A stretch of 64,000 nt of DNA, taken from the NCBI GenBank assembly GCA_030141605.1, contig JAQGDQ010000527.1, positions 62,001 to 126,000 of the forward strand, written 5' to 3'. This DNA comes from Tubiluchus corallicola. Its lineage: Eukaryota; Animalia; Priapulida. A model generated the notes under the pieces. That model was not told where the DNA came from. It saw only the letters and a list, made by a program, of their open reading frames with translations, and did not search any database. A program made the position numbers and the translations under genes. Of the stretch, positions 61,301 through 64,000 are shown piece by piece (the first letter of the stretch is position 1; every line of letters starts with the position of its first letter).

Positions 61301-63912
61301 CATACGAGCCCGAGCGCTAAACACAACACGGCTTACCAACTGTACAATAATTTCTTTATCCTCACAGGTTAACTATTTTAAAGTAATATACAGTATAGTA
61401 TATAGTGCAATGTATATAGGCCTTATTAAGGTGATTATTCCTGTATAATATAGACCATATATAGGCATATCGGACAATCGGCTAAACCGGACCACCCGCC
61501 CCACCCCAATTAGTCCGGTTTAATGAGGGTTGACTGTACTTAGCAATTTTGTAATTTCTACAAACATATTTTTTTTTCATTTTCACGTAATTTTCATGTA
61601 TACATCATTGTTTACAACCCAGCTTCAAGATGCAAATTTTTTAACATTACGCTACAAATGAACTATAAACGAACAACGATTTCACAAATTTCACTGTCCA
61701 CAATGATACTGTCTCATAAGGAAATCGTCTTTCTAAATTTTCACTTCAAGTTACAGCAACCTGTAAACGACTCACACTGACAAATGATTTGGTGTTTTTA
61801 AATTTAATACACATAAGTAAATTGGTTGGCATCCTTCTGTCTCGGAAGGCAATGGAGTGTGCGTCAAGAGAGTCAGTTATTGATCACATTGATGGAGCTG
61901 CAGCGTCGACTGTGGCTGAGCAGTGCGATCCTTGAACGTCTCCAGGGCGCACGCCTGGGCAAGGTGTATGGAGATCCTGAGTTGCCCAGAAAACAGGAGC
62001 CCTCTCTCTTCCTCGCTGGTGTAGTGCAAAGGAAAGCGGAGCGATACGTTTGGCACCAGGTTGGCTGCAGGAGCTGCCGGAGTCAGTGAGCATGCTGCAC
62101 TGGTCCGCCTTTGGGGCTCCACTCCTGATTTGGAAGGTTTACTCCTCTACACATGGCTGTTGGGTCACTTGACCTCCTCCGCCCTCTAGCCGTTGGCTGC
62201 TTGTACAGCTCCTCCGCCTAGTGTCGAGATACAGTGTGGGCATCCCGATACAGGAAATAAGGCTTTATGATATTCAATTGACATGTGACATTAGACAAGG
62301 TAAAAATGGAATGAAAGTTTGCCCTGTTTCCATAGGCTTTCCGAAAATTTCTTCGAAATTTTGATATTGCTGTTTTGTGATGACTGGGCCTTACAGAAAA
62401 AGCGTGAATTTGCAGTATTGGATCCGCAAAACCAGTCAATGCTTCAGCCTCAATTGTCTATGAATTACACCATAGTGCTAAATCATTTCATGTGACAGCT
62501 AGGGGTGAGATTCTCTACCAGAAAGCGAATTCGAATCAAACCGAACTTCAGTGTTTCGAAATCGAACCGAATTCGAATTGACAGTGAACGATTTTCGAAC
62601 TAGTTTTCAAACCACCAGTAAAAATTAGTCTTACAAAGATCATGCCTATCACTAGATTTTGTTTTGCAATAAAACGACCAGTAATTTCTTTCAAATTGTG
62701 TGCAGAAATCGCAGCTAAATTATGATAATTGCATGTTGTTTCAATCGTTTTAATGATAAAGAACGTATGTGATTGAAGTGCAGAATTATTCGAATCTATA
62801 GTTTTGAATTCGAATCGAGTTCGAACTAAAAAAACTCGAACGTTCGATGCTCACCCCTAGTGACAGCACTTCTAGCTTATGTAGCATGATGTGGAAAGGC
62901 TTGGGAAAGTGGATGTTGCAAACGACATAGAAAGATGTGCGGTTTGTGCGGATGACGCCTTGAAAACGTTTAATAAATAACATATACTTTATACTAATTA
63001 ATCTAATACAGTCAGATAAATACTTGTCAATTAGACCGACTACAGTGCTGTGAACGCTATGTTTATTAACCAAAATTGTACGAATGTGAAACTGATTACA
63101 AGCTTACGTGATGAATTTAAAGCAAAACCGGACTCAATCTAAAACTGTATGTCAAAAATATCTACTCTTTAAAATATTGAAAGGAAACATAGTATTTGTT
63201 CAAAAATGATTTGCATGAAAGAATTATTACCACATAAACACAATTTCACGTTTGCGACACTGGTTCTTCGCTGTTGCATGCATTTCGCCATTCGCTAATT
63301 AGGTGGGGACTAGCGTCTGCATTTCGGAAATGCATTTCACAAAAAGCAGGAGCTGTACCTCTCAGTTTAGATGTGTCCATTGGTGACGAACTACACATGT
63401 TCGACAACTCATGCGCGGGCACAGCAGTAAATTTGAAATTTCAATTTTTATCTTAAAACTTGCCCAGTTTATTTACAACACACTGAATCTCTTAACAGTA
63501 GGACTGTATTTCAATTTTCTGTTTTGCAAACATGTGCAACAAATTGTGTTAGTTTGTGATGTCCCCACTAGCTGGGCTCGCCCGCCATTAATTAAGATTT
63601 TAATCTATTATTCAATTATCAGAAACGCTTTTGCAGTATTAGTTGTGTTAAAATGTACGTATACCTTTTATCAGACTTGAAATTGGGTTAGTATATGAAA
63701 AATCATCCCGTCTTCCTTTAATAATATTACCTCTGCAATACTTGGTGCTGGAACTCTGATGCCTAAGCATCGACTTCTAATGGCTGGTATGACTTTGCTC
63801 GTAGAGATACAGCAAAGGATGATGCGACATGTTGTCATGTATTTCTCCATGGTACGACGTAGAGCATGTTGTGCATCTTTTGTCAGCCGATCTACCTCAG
63901 TCAAAACCAAAA
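56103..63912 (-). CDS. RFC3: Replication factor C subunit 3, last five coding exons (5' exons beyond the window)
   Basis: Exons 63912-63731, 61154-61018, 58901-58803, 56852-56783, 56291-56103 (TGA). Protein: [22 protein letters not shown]...CRIILCC...[18 protein letters not shown]...KEGLNLP...[22 protein letters not shown]...[10 protein letters not shown]...[16 protein letters not shown]...[29 protein letters not shown]. Includes the clamp-loader SRC motif. Confidence 0.97.
58170..58395. repeat. (AAT/AAC)n microsatellite
   Basis: Direct reading; intronic; source of the poly-N/L/C/Y ORFs. Confidence 0.95.
58515..58640 (-). mobile_element. Old tRNA-derived SINE (MetaSINE-like) fragment
   Basis: Minus strand gagtcataccgaag...aaaaatggtgcctactgttgccctgcttggcac resembles the recalled Meta core. 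A second remnant lies at ~56665-56750. Confidence 0.45.
59023..59805 (-). mobile_element. Family C element with an expanded 40-bp internal array (59056-59290)
   Basis: Reverse complement of 15181-15968; aatgtagatt recurs every 40 nt. Confidence 0.85.
59901..60096. mobile_element. Harbinger-like MITE
   Basis: Ends gggctggattcac ... gtgaatccgcc. Confidence 0.5.
60177..60844. mobile_element. Family B element
   Basis: TIR tgtgcttgcatagcaaaatcgtcca / tggacgattttgttatgcaagcaca. Confidence 0.8.
61214..61536 (+). mobile_element. MITE family F
   Basis: ta|cagtcgaccctcgttaaac ... gagggttgactg|ta. Confidence 0.9.
61823..62247 (-). mobile_element. 5S SINE body with no 5S head
   Basis: Matches 43823-44245; homology stops within a few nt of the 5S/body junction. 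Confidence 0.88.
62500..62859 (+). mobile_element. hAT MITE family E
   Basis: TIR taggggtgag / ctcaccccta; perfect TSD gtgacagc. Confidence 0.9.
63121..63717 (+). mobile_element. Family I element (Kolobok-like)
   Basis: ttaa|agcaaaac ... gtcttcct|ttaa; colinear with 49720-50326. Confidence 0.7.
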
Positions 63913-64000
63913 CTGTAAAAAACAAAATGGTCGCTTGTATAGAAAATGTTGCACAGCAATTTTTACCTAAAACAGATGTGCATATTAAGATTATGATAGG

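Noticed and set aside
10095-62122. Recurrent ORFs [11 protein letters not shown]... / MLTDSGSSC... as a multigene family
   Set aside because: They are translations of the SINE body; frames shift between copies.

Overview
AT-rich, intron-rich animal genomic DNA, probably invertebrate (the species cannot be determined from sequence alone). Four spliced host genes were rebuilt by hand from GT-AG boundaries and recalled protein similarity. (1) The last five coding exons of a MICU2/MICU3-type mitochondrial calcium uptake gene (+). (2) A complete 7-exon, 198-aa COMMD6 (-). (3) A complete 11-exon, 521-aa DELE1 (+), head-to-head with COMMD6. (4) The last five coding exons of RFC3 (-). The first 4.9 kb is a LOA/Lian-like non-LTR retrotransposon (ORF1, endonuclease, RT, RNase H) that reads in one frame broken only by three TGA codons. 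The rest is dense with hAT, Tc1/mariner-pogo, piggyBac, Kolobok-like and Helitron-like non-autonomous elements, six copies of a 5S-rRNA-headed SINE with an RTE-like body and tail, and many tandem arrays. The most interesting signals are: the 5S SINE internal-deletion series with intact TSDs; a tandem array of 3' splice sites, each followed by an in-frame stop, in front of a DELE1 exon; a SINE-derived 51-bp hairpin just after the DELE1 stop; and satellites whose unexpanded parent element is also in the window. No database search was run, so family names rest on recalled motifs. Almost all short ORFs in the supplied track are spurious. I cannot claim a proven new system.
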